Part shown: positions 9,904 to 18,413 of the stretch, piece by piece | Layout: each line of letters begins with the position of its first letter | How positions within the stretch are numbered: position 1 is the first letter of the stretch | DNA from: Candidatus Coprovivens sp. | GTDB lineage: Bacteria; Bacillota_I; Bacilli_A; RF39; UBA660 | Direction of reading: 5' to 3' | DNA length: 34,730 nucleotides | NCBI GenBank assembly: GCA_051892935.1 | Contig: JBJFGS010000042.1 | Span: forward strand, 1 to 34,730 | Program-made: the position numbers and the translations under genes | Notes under the pieces: model-generated | Database searches by the model: none | What the model was told of the DNA's origin: nothing | The model's input: only the letters and a program-made list of their open reading frames with translations

Positions 9904-11256
9904 ATGGGAATGTTTTTTGGTAAAAAAGAAGAATTGGAAATTGCAAATAAAAAGATTGAAGAGTTGCAAAAAGGTAATGAAAGTTTATCAAGGGAAAATG
10001 ATGAATTAAAAAAGAAATTAGAGAATAAAAGTGAATTTCTAAATGAAGTAAAAAATGAAACAGCAAAATTAAGCAATGAAAAAATATCGCTTGAATCAAA
10101 AAAAGAAGAGTTGGAAAAAGAGTGTTCTGATTTAGAAAGCAAAATTGCTCTTAAGAGAAAAGAGTATGTTGAATTAGAAGACAAAGTATTATTACAAAGT
10201 TTCGGTTTATATGAGCCACAATATGATTTTGCTACTTCATCTTTATATAAAGATAAACTTACTAATATTAGAAAAAATCAAAGTGAAATGGTAAAAAATG
10301 GTAGTGCTGCTACATGTGCAAAAAAATGGATTATAGAAGGTAGTACAAGTAAAGGACAAAAATTTACAGATGATAATATTAAACAAATTTTGAAAACTTT
10401 TAATAATGAATGTGAAAATGCTATATTAAAGGTTAAGTTTAATAATATAGATTCTATAAAGAAGAGAATTACTACCTCTTTTAATTCATTGAACAAATTA
10501 AATATGACTAATAGAGTAAGTATATCTAAAAAGTATTTAGATCTAAAATATGATGAAATGTATTTAGCATATGAATATGCTCAAAAAGTACAAGAAGAAA
10601 AAGAAGAATTAAGAATTCAACGTGAATTACATAAAGAAGAATTGAGAGTTGCAAAAGAACTAGAAGAAAAACGAACTGAAATTGAAAAAGAGCAACACCA
10701 TTATAGTAATATATTAAAAAGAATTCTTGAACAAATAAATGTAGAAAAAAATGATGAAAGAAAACAGTTACTTTTTGAAAAGAAAGAGGAAATTGAAAAT
10801 AATCTGGTTGACTTAGATCAAGCATTAAAAGATGTAGATTATAGAGAAGCAAACCAAAGAGCTGGATATGTATATATTATTTCTAATATAGGAGCTTTTG
10901 GTAAAGATATATATAAAATAGGAATGACTAGAAGACTAGATCCTCAAGATAGAATTGATGAACTTGGAAGTGCTTCTGTTCCGTTTAGGTTTGATGTACA
11001 TGCCTTTATATTTTCAGATGATGCTCCAAAATTAGAAAATGCATTACATAAAGCGTTTGAAAAAAATAGGGTTAATATGATGAATAACAGAAAAGAATTC
11101 TTTAATATTACTTTAGAAGAAATTGAAAAAGTTGTAAAAGAAAACTATGACAAAATAGTAGACTTTAAACATGAACCTGATGCAGAACAATATAGAGAAA
11201 CATTAATTAAACTTGGTAAATCGTTACCAGTATTTGATGAAGATACTGAAAAATAG
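9904..11256 (+). CDS. DUF4041 plus T5orf172/GIY-YIG-like nuclease (PD-lambda-1/SNIPE-like)
   Basis: LLQSFGLYEPQYDF, TFNNECE..KVKFNN, RAGYVYIISNIGAFG..YKIGMTRRLDP.DRIDELGSASVPFRFDVHA, RKEFF. Confidence 0.9.
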   Translation: MGMFFGKKEELEIANKKIEELQKGNESLSRENDELKKKLENKSEFLNEVKNETAKLSNEKISLESKKEELEKECSDLESKIALKRKEYVELEDKVLLQSFGLYEPQYDFATSSLYKDKLTNIRKNQSEMVKNGSAATCAKKWIIEGSTSKGQKFTDDNIKQILKTFNNECENAILKVKFNNIDSIKKRITTSFNSLNKLNMTNRVSISKKYLDLKYDEMYLAYEYAQKVQEEKEELRIQRELHKEELRVAKELEEKRTEIEKEQHHYSNILKRILEQINVEKNDERKQLLFEKKEEIENNLVDLDQALKDVDYREANQRAGYVYIISNIGAFGKDIYKIGMTRRLDPQDRIDELGSASVPFRFDVHAFIFSDDAPKLENALHKAFEKNRVNMMNNRKEFFNITLEEIEKVVKENYDKIVDFKHEPDAEQYRETLIKLGKSLPVFDEDTEK

Positions 11257-11268
11257 AAAGGTAAAAAT

Positions 11269-12030
11269 ATGAATAATGAATATAAGTATTCAAGAGATGA
11301 AATTGTAGAAAAAATATATGAAGAAGAATTATCTATTAATGAATTGTTAAGTATAAAAAATCAAATGAAAGCTTTTAATTTTGATGAAGATGATTTTAAA
11401 TATGTTGATGAGATGATTGAAGATTGTTTTGATGTAATGGAATTAAGTCAGTTAAAAGAAATTAGAAACTATGTTATTGAGTTAAATATTGATACCATTA
11501 TTGTAGATAAATATATAAAGAGAAAATCTCCTTTAACAAATGAATTAATTGAGACTATGGAACCAGATGATATAGCTTATATAGTTAATGAGGGTGGATT
11601 AACGGTAGAACAAATGTTATTTATAAAAAAATTATGTAAAAATATAAAAATTGATTCAGATGTTTTGACTTATTTAGATGAATCTATAAATGATGAAATT
11701 TCAGACTTGGATTCTGAAGATGATATTATTGATACAAAGAGAATGTTTGATAAATATGGTATAACAAATGCTAAATTGAACAGAAAGTTAAGAAATGTTT
11801 CGGTAGATGATGGGGAAACAGCTGGTACAATTGAGAAACGAAAAAATAATGATTCTTCATTATCAGGTGAGATTTTGGTTTCTAATCTAGCTGAACATCT
11901 ATTTTTGTTTTCAGCATTAAATAATGATTCTTCGTCAACAAAGGAAGAAATAGATAATAATTATGAACTATATCAATATGAAGAGGAAGAACTTGAAGAA
12001 GATGATTATTATTATGAGGATTTAGACTAA
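11269..12030 (+). CDS. Very acidic hypothetical protein with two ~85-aa internal repeats
   Basis: RBS AAAGGT, D/E-rich, tail EEEELEEDDYYYEDLD. Confidence 0.8.
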   Translation: MNNEYKYSRDEIVEKIYEEELSINELLSIKNQMKAFNFDEDDFKYVDEMIEDCFDVMELSQLKEIRNYVIELNIDTIIVDKYIKRKSPLTNELIETMEPDDIAYIVNEGGLTVEQMLFIKKLCKNIKIDSDVLTYLDESINDEISDLDSEDDIIDTKRMFDKYGITNAKLNRKLRNVSVDDGETAGTIEKRKNNDSSLSGEILVSNLAEHLFLFSALNNDSSSTKEEIDNNYELYQYEEEELEEDDYYYEDLD

Positions 12031-12040
12031 AATGTCTTTT

Positions 12041-12082
12041 TAGTAACACACTACGATATTGGCAGAGTCAATAACTATGTGA
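12041..12082 (-). other. Putative MobV-type oriT (nic region)
   Basis: Minus strand reads TAGTGTGTTA (12044-12053), the pMV158-family nic motif, next to the imperfect inverted repeat TATTGGC-aga-GTCAATA. Confidence 0.5.
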
Positions 12083-12407
12083 GCCAAGGATAAACCCTTT
12101 GGAATCCCAATAAAGCACCAATACTACAAACTTTCGTAAGTAGTAAAGGCGCTTTTTTTATTTCAGCATTTAGCTTCATAAAAAAATAAAAAGACTTTTC
12201 TCACTTTCATTGAAATATTATTTCAACAAAACGTGTTCGTCTTTTTATTTGAAATACTTTCGCTACGTATTTTTCTATAATTAATGAGTATAATACAATC
12301 AGATGTTAAGATACAAAATTGTTAAAAAATAACATTTTGTATTTTTTAGAATACAAAATTGAAGATTACATAAAATAGTTATATAATCATACTGTGAGGT
12401 GATAATA

Positions 12408-13613
12408 GTGATTAAAAGAGAATTATATTTATCAAAAATAAGACCTTTTTATGAATCTGATTTAATAAAGGTTATAGTAGGAATAAGAAGATCTGGTAAG
12501 TCTACTATAATGATGCAAATTATGGATGAATTAAAAAATAATAATATTTCTGAAAAACAAATTATTTATATAAATTTTGAATATAAAGAATATTCTTTTA
12601 TAAAAAATGATGATGATTTATATGAATACATAAAATCACTTATTAAAAATGATTCTAAATATTATATATTCTTAGATGAAATTCAAAATGTATCTAAATG
12701 GGAAAAAGTAGTTAATTCATTTAAATCAAAAGAAAAGTATTCTATTTTTATAACTGGATCTAATAGTGATTTATTATCTGGAGAATTAGCAACTCATATT
12801 GCAGGTAGATATGTTTCATTTAAAGTATATCCATTTAAATTCTCGGAAGTATGTGATTTAAAAGAACTAAATGATAAAAACAAATATGAATTACAAGAAT
12901 CTTTTGATAATTATATTAAATGGGGAGGACTTCCTCAAAGATTTGAGTTTGAATCAGATATGCAAATTAGAACATATTTATCAGATGTATATGATTCTAT
13001 TATTGTAAAAGATATAATTGATAGATTTAAAATAAAAGATTTAGATTTATTTAATAGAATTGTTGAATATATTGTAACAACTCCATCAGAAACATTTTCA
13101 GCAGAAACTTTAGCAAATTACTTTTTGGGTAAAGAAGAAAGAGGAGTGGCTAAAAATACACTTTATAATTACTTAGAATATATGGTAAAAGGAAACTTAA
13201 TTAATAAATGTGAAAGATATGACATTAGAGGTAAAAGAATTTTATCGGGAAAATATAAATATTATTTATCAGATTTAGGATTAGGCATGATTAAAAATGT
13301 TAATAGAAGACCTCAGATGGTAGCGTATTTAGAAAATGTTGTGTATAATGAACTTCTAGTTCGAGGATATGATGTTTCGGTAGGAAATATTCAAAACGGA
13401 GAAGTAGATTTTGTAGCAACAAAAGATAATAATATTGAATACTATCAAGTTACATATACACTATCAACTGATGAAGTAATTGGAAGAAAATTTGGGGCAT
13501 ATAAATCTATTGAAGATAATTACCCTAAATATGTAATATCTACTGATACATTTGATATGTCACAAAATGGAATAATCCATAAAAATATAATAGATTGGCT
13601 TTTAAATAAATAA
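12408..13613 (+). CDS. AAA+ ATPase, AAA_14 plus DUF4143 (COG1373-like)
   Basis: GIRRSGKS Walker A, IFLDEIQ Walker B, ITGSNS, GGLP, KYYLSDLG, LENVV, EVDFV. GTG 12408 follows GAGGTGA. Confidence 0.9.
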   Translation: MIKRELYLSKIRPFYESDLIKVIVGIRRSGKSTIMMQIMDELKNNNISEKQIIYINFEYKEYSFIKNDDDLYEYIKSLIKNDSKYYIFLDEIQNVSKWEKVVNSFKSKEKYSIFITGSNSDLLSGELATHIAGRYVSFKVYPFKFSEVCDLKELNDKNKYELQESFDNYIKWGGLPQRFEFESDMQIRTYLSDVYDSIIVKDIIDRFKIKDLDLFNRIVEYIVTTPSETFSAETLANYFLGKEERGVAKNTLYNYLEYMVKGNLINKCERYDIRGKRILSGKYKYYLSDLGLGMIKNVNRRPQMVAYLENVVYNELLVRGYDVSVGNIQNGEVDFVATKDNNIEYYQVTYTLSTDEVIGRKFGAYKSIEDNYPKYVISTDTFDMSQNGIIHKNIIDWLLNK

Positions 13614-13657
13614 TTGATATAATGAAATAAGAAACAAAATGTTGTTAAATGATGATT

Positions 13658-13803
13658 CTTGTCCACATTTTGTCCACGTAACATATAAAATTAGTAATAT
13701 TTATAATATAGATAATACTAATAATATAATGTACTAAATGCCAATAAAATAAGGAAAAACACATAATACTATTTGGACCATATATAAAGAAAATATGGTC
13801 AAA
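13658..13803. repeat. Right-end sites of element A
   Basis: TTGTCCAC direct repeats 11 nt apart (13659, 13670), same spacing as 7949/7960, plus inverted repeat GACCATAT..ATATGGTC in 13773-13803. Confidence 0.65.
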
Positions 13804-13809
13804 GTTGGA

Positions 13810-13854
13810 GCATATAGATTAGAAAAGAAGTATAAATAATGTTGTGATAAATAG
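13810..13854 (+). repeat. Second, decayed copy of the secA 3' end (att site)
   Basis: gca tat aga tta gaa aag aag tat aaa taa tgt tgt gat aaa tag aligns ungapped, codon by codon, with cca tgt ggc tca ggg aaa aaa tat aaa caa tgt tgt ggc aag tag. Confidence 0.8.
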
Positions 13855-14070
13855 TTAAAAGTCTTGAAATAAAGGCTTTTTCTATACGTAAAATTAGCTA
13901 ATTTTATTTAGATACATTATTAAATACGCTGCGAGAAAGTATCTAAAAAGTATCTAGAAAGAAAAAGTAAACAAGGGAAACGTAATAATTTCAATGATTT
14001 AAAAGTTTTGAATCACTGCCATAATGATAGTGATAAAAGTATAGTATAATCTATATAGGAGTTGATAATA

Positions 14071-14573
14071 ATGAATTATATTATTAGAAAAAAGAAAGAA
14101 AAGATTGTGCAGATGTCGCTCATATTGTAACTGTAGCTTGGAATGAAACATATAAGGGAATAGTTTCAGATGATTTTTTAGAAGGATTATATTTAACTGA
14201 AGAAGAAAGAGCTATTAATTCATATAACAAATTTGATGAAAATGATAATCATCAATATGTTTTAGAAGTTGACGGTAAAGTAATAGGATTCGTTAATGTT
14301 GGTTCTACAGATGAAGATGAAAATGATAGTTGTGGGGAATTACATGCCATTTATATAATTAATGGTTATAAAGGTAATGGTTATGGTAAAAAATTAATAA
14401 ATGCTGGTGTAGAAGAATTAAAAAAAATGGGATACAGTAAAATGGTTATAGGATGTTTAGAAGGGAATACATCTAATGAATTTTATAAACACATAGGTGG
14501 TAAATTTATTAAGAAAAGAGTATTTAAAAAATTAAATCTACTAGAAAACGTTTATTATTTTGATGAAATTTAG
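14071..14573 (+). pseudogene. GNAT acetyltransferase split by a -1 frameshift (pseudogene or recoded gene); absent from the ORF track
   Basis: RBS AGGAG, MNYIIRKK, then the -1 frame ERKDCADVAHIVTVAWNETYKGIV..GELHAIYIINGYKGNGYGKKL..GCLEGN.SNEFYKHIGG to TAG 14571-14573. Confidence 0.85.
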
Positions 14574-14697
14574 ATACGTTTTTAGATACGTTCTGCTAGT
14601 GAAACATAGCATAACCGAGTGTAGCTAAGTGCATTAAAGTGCAAAGTTAAAGGGTAAAATGTTCTAAAGAGGAGCAGAATGACATATATTAAAAAGT

Positions 14698-14740
14698 CAT
14701 GTGGAAGTAGTAAAAAATATAAAGATGTTGTGGAAAGTAA
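14698..14740 (+). repeat. Third copy of the secA 3' end (att site)
   Basis: ca tgt gga agt agt aaa aaa tat aaa ga tgt tgt gga aag taa encodes CGSSKKYK / CCGK-stop with a 1-nt deletion. Confidence 0.85.
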
Positions 14741-14916
14741 CTCGCAAACTCAGATAATATAAGGTAAAACGCGAGTTTTTCTTTTTGTCAAAAAATAGAC
14801 CCAAATTGGCTTTAGAACCATTTTGTATTAAAAATAATCGTTTAATTGATACAGATTTATTGTTAGAACAATAATTCAAAAAAAATACGATATAATAGTT
14901 ACAGGAGTTGACTAAA

Positions 14917-15501
14917 ATGTCTAAATATAAAAAGATGAGAGAATACTCGCATGAAGAATTTGTAAAATTGGTTCTGAGTTTAACTGAAAAAGAATTATTA
15001 GAATTGAGTTCAAAGTATGGTGGATATCCCGTACTATTTAGAATGGCCTTAGATGAAAGAATTAACCATATACCATTTATTCAAACCGGATCAGCAATAA
15101 TAATTAGAAATGAAAAAGGACAAATACTATTACAAGAGAGAACAGATAGAAATAAATGGGGGCTACCAGGAGGCTGTCAAGATCTTGGGGAAGACTTAAG
15201 AGTAACAGCTGTAAGAGAAGCATTTGAAGAAACAGGAATTAAATTAAATCCAAATTCAATTGAATTAATAGATACGCTTTCTGGAGAAACAAGAAAGAAT
15301 AGCTATCCCAATGGAGATATAGTATATAATAATACATCCTTATATCTTGCAGATATTAATGATATAGATGCAAAAAGCCTAAAAGGAGATTCTGAAACAA
15401 AGAAATTACAGTTTTTTAATCCTAATGAAGTTCCAAAAAATATTATGGATGAAGACTTAATAAAATCATATATAACTTATATATCAAGAGTAAATAAGTA
15501 A
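14917..15501 (+). CDS. Nudix hydrolase
   Basis: Nudix box GGCQDLGEDLRVTAVREAFEETG, ILLQERTD..WGLPGG, YPNGD. Confidence 0.92.
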   Translation: MSKYKKMREYSHEEFVKLVLSLTEKELLELSSKYGGYPVLFRMALDERINHIPFIQTGSAIIIRNEKGQILLQERTDRNKWGLPGGCQDLGEDLRVTAVREAFEETGIKLNPNSIELIDTLSGETRKNSYPNGDIVYNNTSLYLADINDIDAKSLKGDSETKKLQFFNPNEVPKNIMDEDLIKSYITYISRVNK

Positions 15502-15670
15502 TATTCTAAAACATAAAATTAATAATTATATAAATATACCAACTTACAAAAGTATTATTCAAATTAAAGATTCATTCTTAAACACATAATAATTCTATAC
15601 ACACATATAAATAATTATTGACAGAAAGATTATATATATTATAAGATAAACCCCATAGGGAGAGTTTGGT

Positions 15671-16105
15671 ATGGAAAATACAATATAATATGAAAATGTT
15701 GAATGTCCTGATACAGAAGGACAACTAGGAAATATACCATTAGAAGATGAATAAGAAAACTATAGCAATTATGAATTAAGTGAAGCAATTTATAAAGAAG
15801 TCTTAAAAGTTGATAGATACGAATATTTAAAAGATTCGGAGAGTAAAAAAGCTAGATGTTTTGGAGTTCTCTCAGGTGTTATGGCTGCCCTAGCATTTTA
15901 TAGTATAGCAACTTATACTAGTGAAGAAGACTTTGCTAAAAGTGTATTATTTGTTACAGGTGGAATGGGTTGTTATAGGTCTTCGGTAGTAATTTTTAAA
16001 GCTCTTTATAGTAAAATGAAATATAATAAAAAAATAAAAGAATTAAAAAGAAATATAAAGAGCCTAGAAGAAATACAATCCCAAAAATTAAAAAAAGGAA
16101 TATAA
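15671..16105 (+). pseudogene. Two-TM membrane protein pseudogene
   Basis: ATG 15671 after GGGAGAG is in frame with ORF 15881-16105 but is interrupted by TAA at 15686 and 15752. Confidence 0.65.
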
Positions 16106-16108
16106 ATA

Positions 16109-16345
16109 GTGAAAATAAATATAAAAGATATTATAACTTTAAATGATAATAGAGAATATATAGTTGTCAGTAAAGTTAGTATTAAAGAAAAAATATATTA
16201 TTATTTAGTAGAAAATAATAATACAAGCAATATAATATTTTGTTACTTAAATAATAATCGTCTTGTAGAAATAAATGACAATGAACTAATTATTAAATTA
16301 TTACCACTATTTATAGAAGCAGCTAAAAATGATCTTGAAAGCTAG
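16109..16345 (+). CDS. Small hypothetical protein (weakly DUF1292-like)
   Basis: RBS AAGGA, GTG start, IITLNDNREYIVV..YYYLV, followed by a hairpin. Confidence 0.7.
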   Translation: MKINIKDIITLNDNREYIVVSKVSIKEKIYYYLVENNNTSNIIFCYLNNNRLVEINDNELIIKLLPLFIEAAKNDLES

Positions 16346-16356
16346 TAGTAAACTAT

Positions 16357-16386
16357 AAAAAATTAGAATTTAAATTCTAATTTTTT
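16357..16386 (+). terminator. Terminator hairpin
   Basis: AAAAAATTAGAATTT/AAATTCTAATTTTTT palindrome. Confidence 0.55.
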
Positions 16387-16532
16387 ATATGATTTATTTT
16401 CTTTATAAGTATATTTAATAAGATATTTATAAATTAAAACTATAAGAAAAAAAAGCCAACAAGAAATAAAACGTTAGTAAATAGTAATTAACATATCTGT
16501 GATATAATAAAACATATGAAAGGAAATAAACA

Positions 16533-16787
16533 ATGAGAGAAATTAAAGTAAATAGAATATATAAACATTTCAAAGGAGATTATTACTTAGTTGAAGATAT
16601 AGCAAAATACTCAGAAACTGAAGAAAAGGTTGTCATATATAGAAAACTATATGATGATGGAAGTTTATGGGTAAGACCACTCGATATGTTTCTAAGCGAA
16701 GTAGATCACGAAAAATACCCAAATGTAGAACAAAAATATAGATTTGAGTTACAAGAAGTAGAAAGTGTAGCAAAAAAATTTAAATAG
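16533..16787 (+). CDS. DUF1653 domain protein
   Basis: [22 protein letters not shown]....WVRPLDMF. Confidence 0.9.
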   Translation: MREIKVNRIYKHFKGDYYLVEDIAKYSETEEKVVIYRKLYDDGSLWVRPLDMFLSEVDHEKYPNVEQKYRFELQEVESVAKKFK

Positions 16788-16849
16788 TTTCATAAAAATA
16801 ATATTATATAAAAAGTAATATTATTTTTTTATTAAAAAAAGAGTAAAAT

Positions 16850-16878
16850 TTGCTAAATAATATCTCCTATGCTAGAAT
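16850..16878 (+). promoter_or_regulatory. Sigma-A type promoter with extended -10
   Basis: TTGCTA-17 nt-TAGAAT with TG upstream of the -10. Confidence 0.55.
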
Positions 16879-16903
16879 ACTTAGCGTTTAAGAGGGGGAT
16901 ACT

Positions 16904-18298
16904 ATGACAACAATATCTAATAACTATTTTGAAGAATATACTACTTTTATAGAAGAATTACAAAAAGAAATTTTAAGAATTCAATTAAGATATGATGAAT
17001 GCCAAGCTTTAATTAGAAGTGAACTATCTAAAGGAATGATAGCAAAAGAAGTCGCAGAAAAAATGCTATCAGTAAAAATTAATCAATTTGCACCAAGTAT
17101 TGATCAAATGTATAGATTATCTAAAAGAGAAGTAGACTTCATTAATGAATACGCAGCTTTAGATGCTAATGGAAACATTCTAGCCACTATGTTAAAAGAA
17201 GAATATTTAGAAAAATCTGAATTGTTAGAGTATATTAAAAAATCTGTTTTAACAGCTCAATACTATGAAAATATGGATCCTGTAACAAAAAGGAACCATT
17301 TAAAAAGCGTATTAATAAATGGTGTAATGCAGAATATAAATAATTTAAAAGCTAAAGCTTCAGTTCTATTAAAAAAATATGGTGAAAAAATAAAAGAATC
17401 AAAAGGTTATCAACAAATATTAGCAGATATAGAAAAATATAATCATTCAATAGATTCTTTCGAACAAATAATGGATTGTGACGAACAAAAATTAATTGAT
17501 TTAATAGAATCGATATATAAAATAGATTATAAATACTATAACTGGTATATGAATATGAAATTAAAGAGTTTAAAAGAAAATGGAGAATTATACACAGATC
17601 ACTCTAAAACAATGGCAACCATAAACAGTTTTGCTCAAGATGTAATAGATAATCATACAAAGACAAAAGATTTAAGTAATTCATTATTTACACTTAATAA
17701 TAAATTACTATCATTCCTTGAATCAATAAGTTCATTTGATTTATCACAATTCTTGCCAAAACAACCTGCTAAACATTCAATATTTAAGAAATCTAAACCA
17801 GAAGATAATAAAGAAGTACTAAAATCTATATTTTATAACTTAGTTGCTTTACCAGGTGCAGCAGCATATATTCAAGCTACTTATGGAGATCCTAATAAAC
17901 CAGTAGATTTAACCGAGTGTTTTGAAAAAATATTTATTTCACAATACGAAGAAGAACAAACATATGTTGATATAAATATCTTTATTCGTGATTTTCAAAA
18001 ATTAGTAATTTCTTACTATAAAACAGTTATAGAAAAAGCTCAAAAAAGTCTGAATTCACAAATGAATATATCAGGAGGAGCAAAAGTTGCCCTTGCAAAT
18101 GGAGTAGAAAAAGGTTATAAAGAAGCCTTACTTCACGAACAAGCTTTTAATGCATCATCAATTAACTTATCATCTATATTAAAAGGTTTTACAACAGAAG
18201 AACAACAAAAAATATTTTCAAGTTTAACAGCAATTTTGGAACAAGGATATGGCTATAATCCTCAAAATCCAGATTTAATTCAAAAGAGAAAACATTAA
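16904..18298 (+). CDS. Hypothetical alpha-helical/coiled-coil protein (464 aa)
   Basis: Long ORF with RBS, promoter and terminator. No recognisable motif. Confidence 0.85.
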   Translation: MTTISNNYFEEYTTFIEELQKEILRIQLRYDECQALIRSELSKGMIAKEVAEKMLSVKINQFAPSIDQMYRLSKREVDFINEYAALDANGNILATMLKEEYLEKSELLEYIKKSVLTAQYYENMDPVTKRNHLKSVLINGVMQNINNLKAKASVLLKKYGEKIKESKGYQQILADIEKYNHSIDSFEQIMDCDEQKLIDLIESIYKIDYKYYNWYMNMKLKSLKENGELYTDHSKTMATINSFAQDVIDNHTKTKDLSNSLFTLNNKLLSFLESISSFDLSQFLPKQPAKHSIFKKSKPEDNKEVLKSIFYNLVALPGAAAYIQATYGDPNKPVDLTECFEKIFISQYEEEQTYVDINIFIRDFQKLVISYYKTVIEKAQKSLNSQMNISGGAKVALANGVEKGYKEALLHEQAFNASSINLSSILKGFTTEEQQKIFSSLTAILEQGYGYNPQNPDLIQKRKH

Positions 18299-18311
18299 TT
18301 ATTTAAAACTA

Positions 18312-18344
18312 AAAAAAAGGTTCAAAATAGTTGAACCTATTTTT
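18312..18344 (+). terminator. Terminator hairpin
   Basis: AGGTTCAA-aatag-TTGAACCT plus T-rich tail. Confidence 0.65.
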
Positions 18345-18413
18345 ATTATTATAATATTTGACATTTCTTTTATCATGAGATAATATATTGCCACTAAAAA
18401 GGGATGAAACTAG

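Larger units (their letters stand above)
7845..13854 (+). mobile_element. Element A: decayed integrative mobilizable element in the secA 3' end
   Basis: Bounded by secA-tail copies (7845-7889, 13810-13854). TTTGACCAC/TTTGTCCAC repeats at both ends, integrase-like start, MobV remnant, oriT-like motif, accessory cargo. Confidence 0.75.
13810..14740 (+). mobile_element. Element B: ~0.9 kb integrase-less single-gene element between secA-tail copies 2 and 3
   Basis: TTTAGATAC sites at 13907, 13939 (inverted), 13950 (inverted), 14569 and 14581. One GNAT gene inside. Confidence 0.7.

Noticed and set aside
13658-13680. DnaA boxes (TTGTCCACA resembles TTATCCACA)
   Set aside because: Better explained as variants of the element A TTTGACCAC sites; no dnaA or DnaA-box cluster nearby
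15600-15630. Fourth secA-tail copy (TATAAATAATTATTGACAG)
   Set aside because: Similarity is too weak in AT-rich DNA, and TTGACA is more simply a -35 box for the next gene
151-16105. Stop-codon reassignment suggested by in-frame TAA/TAG in two genes
   Set aside because: TAA, TAG and TGA all end conserved genes here; ordinary pseudogenisation fits better
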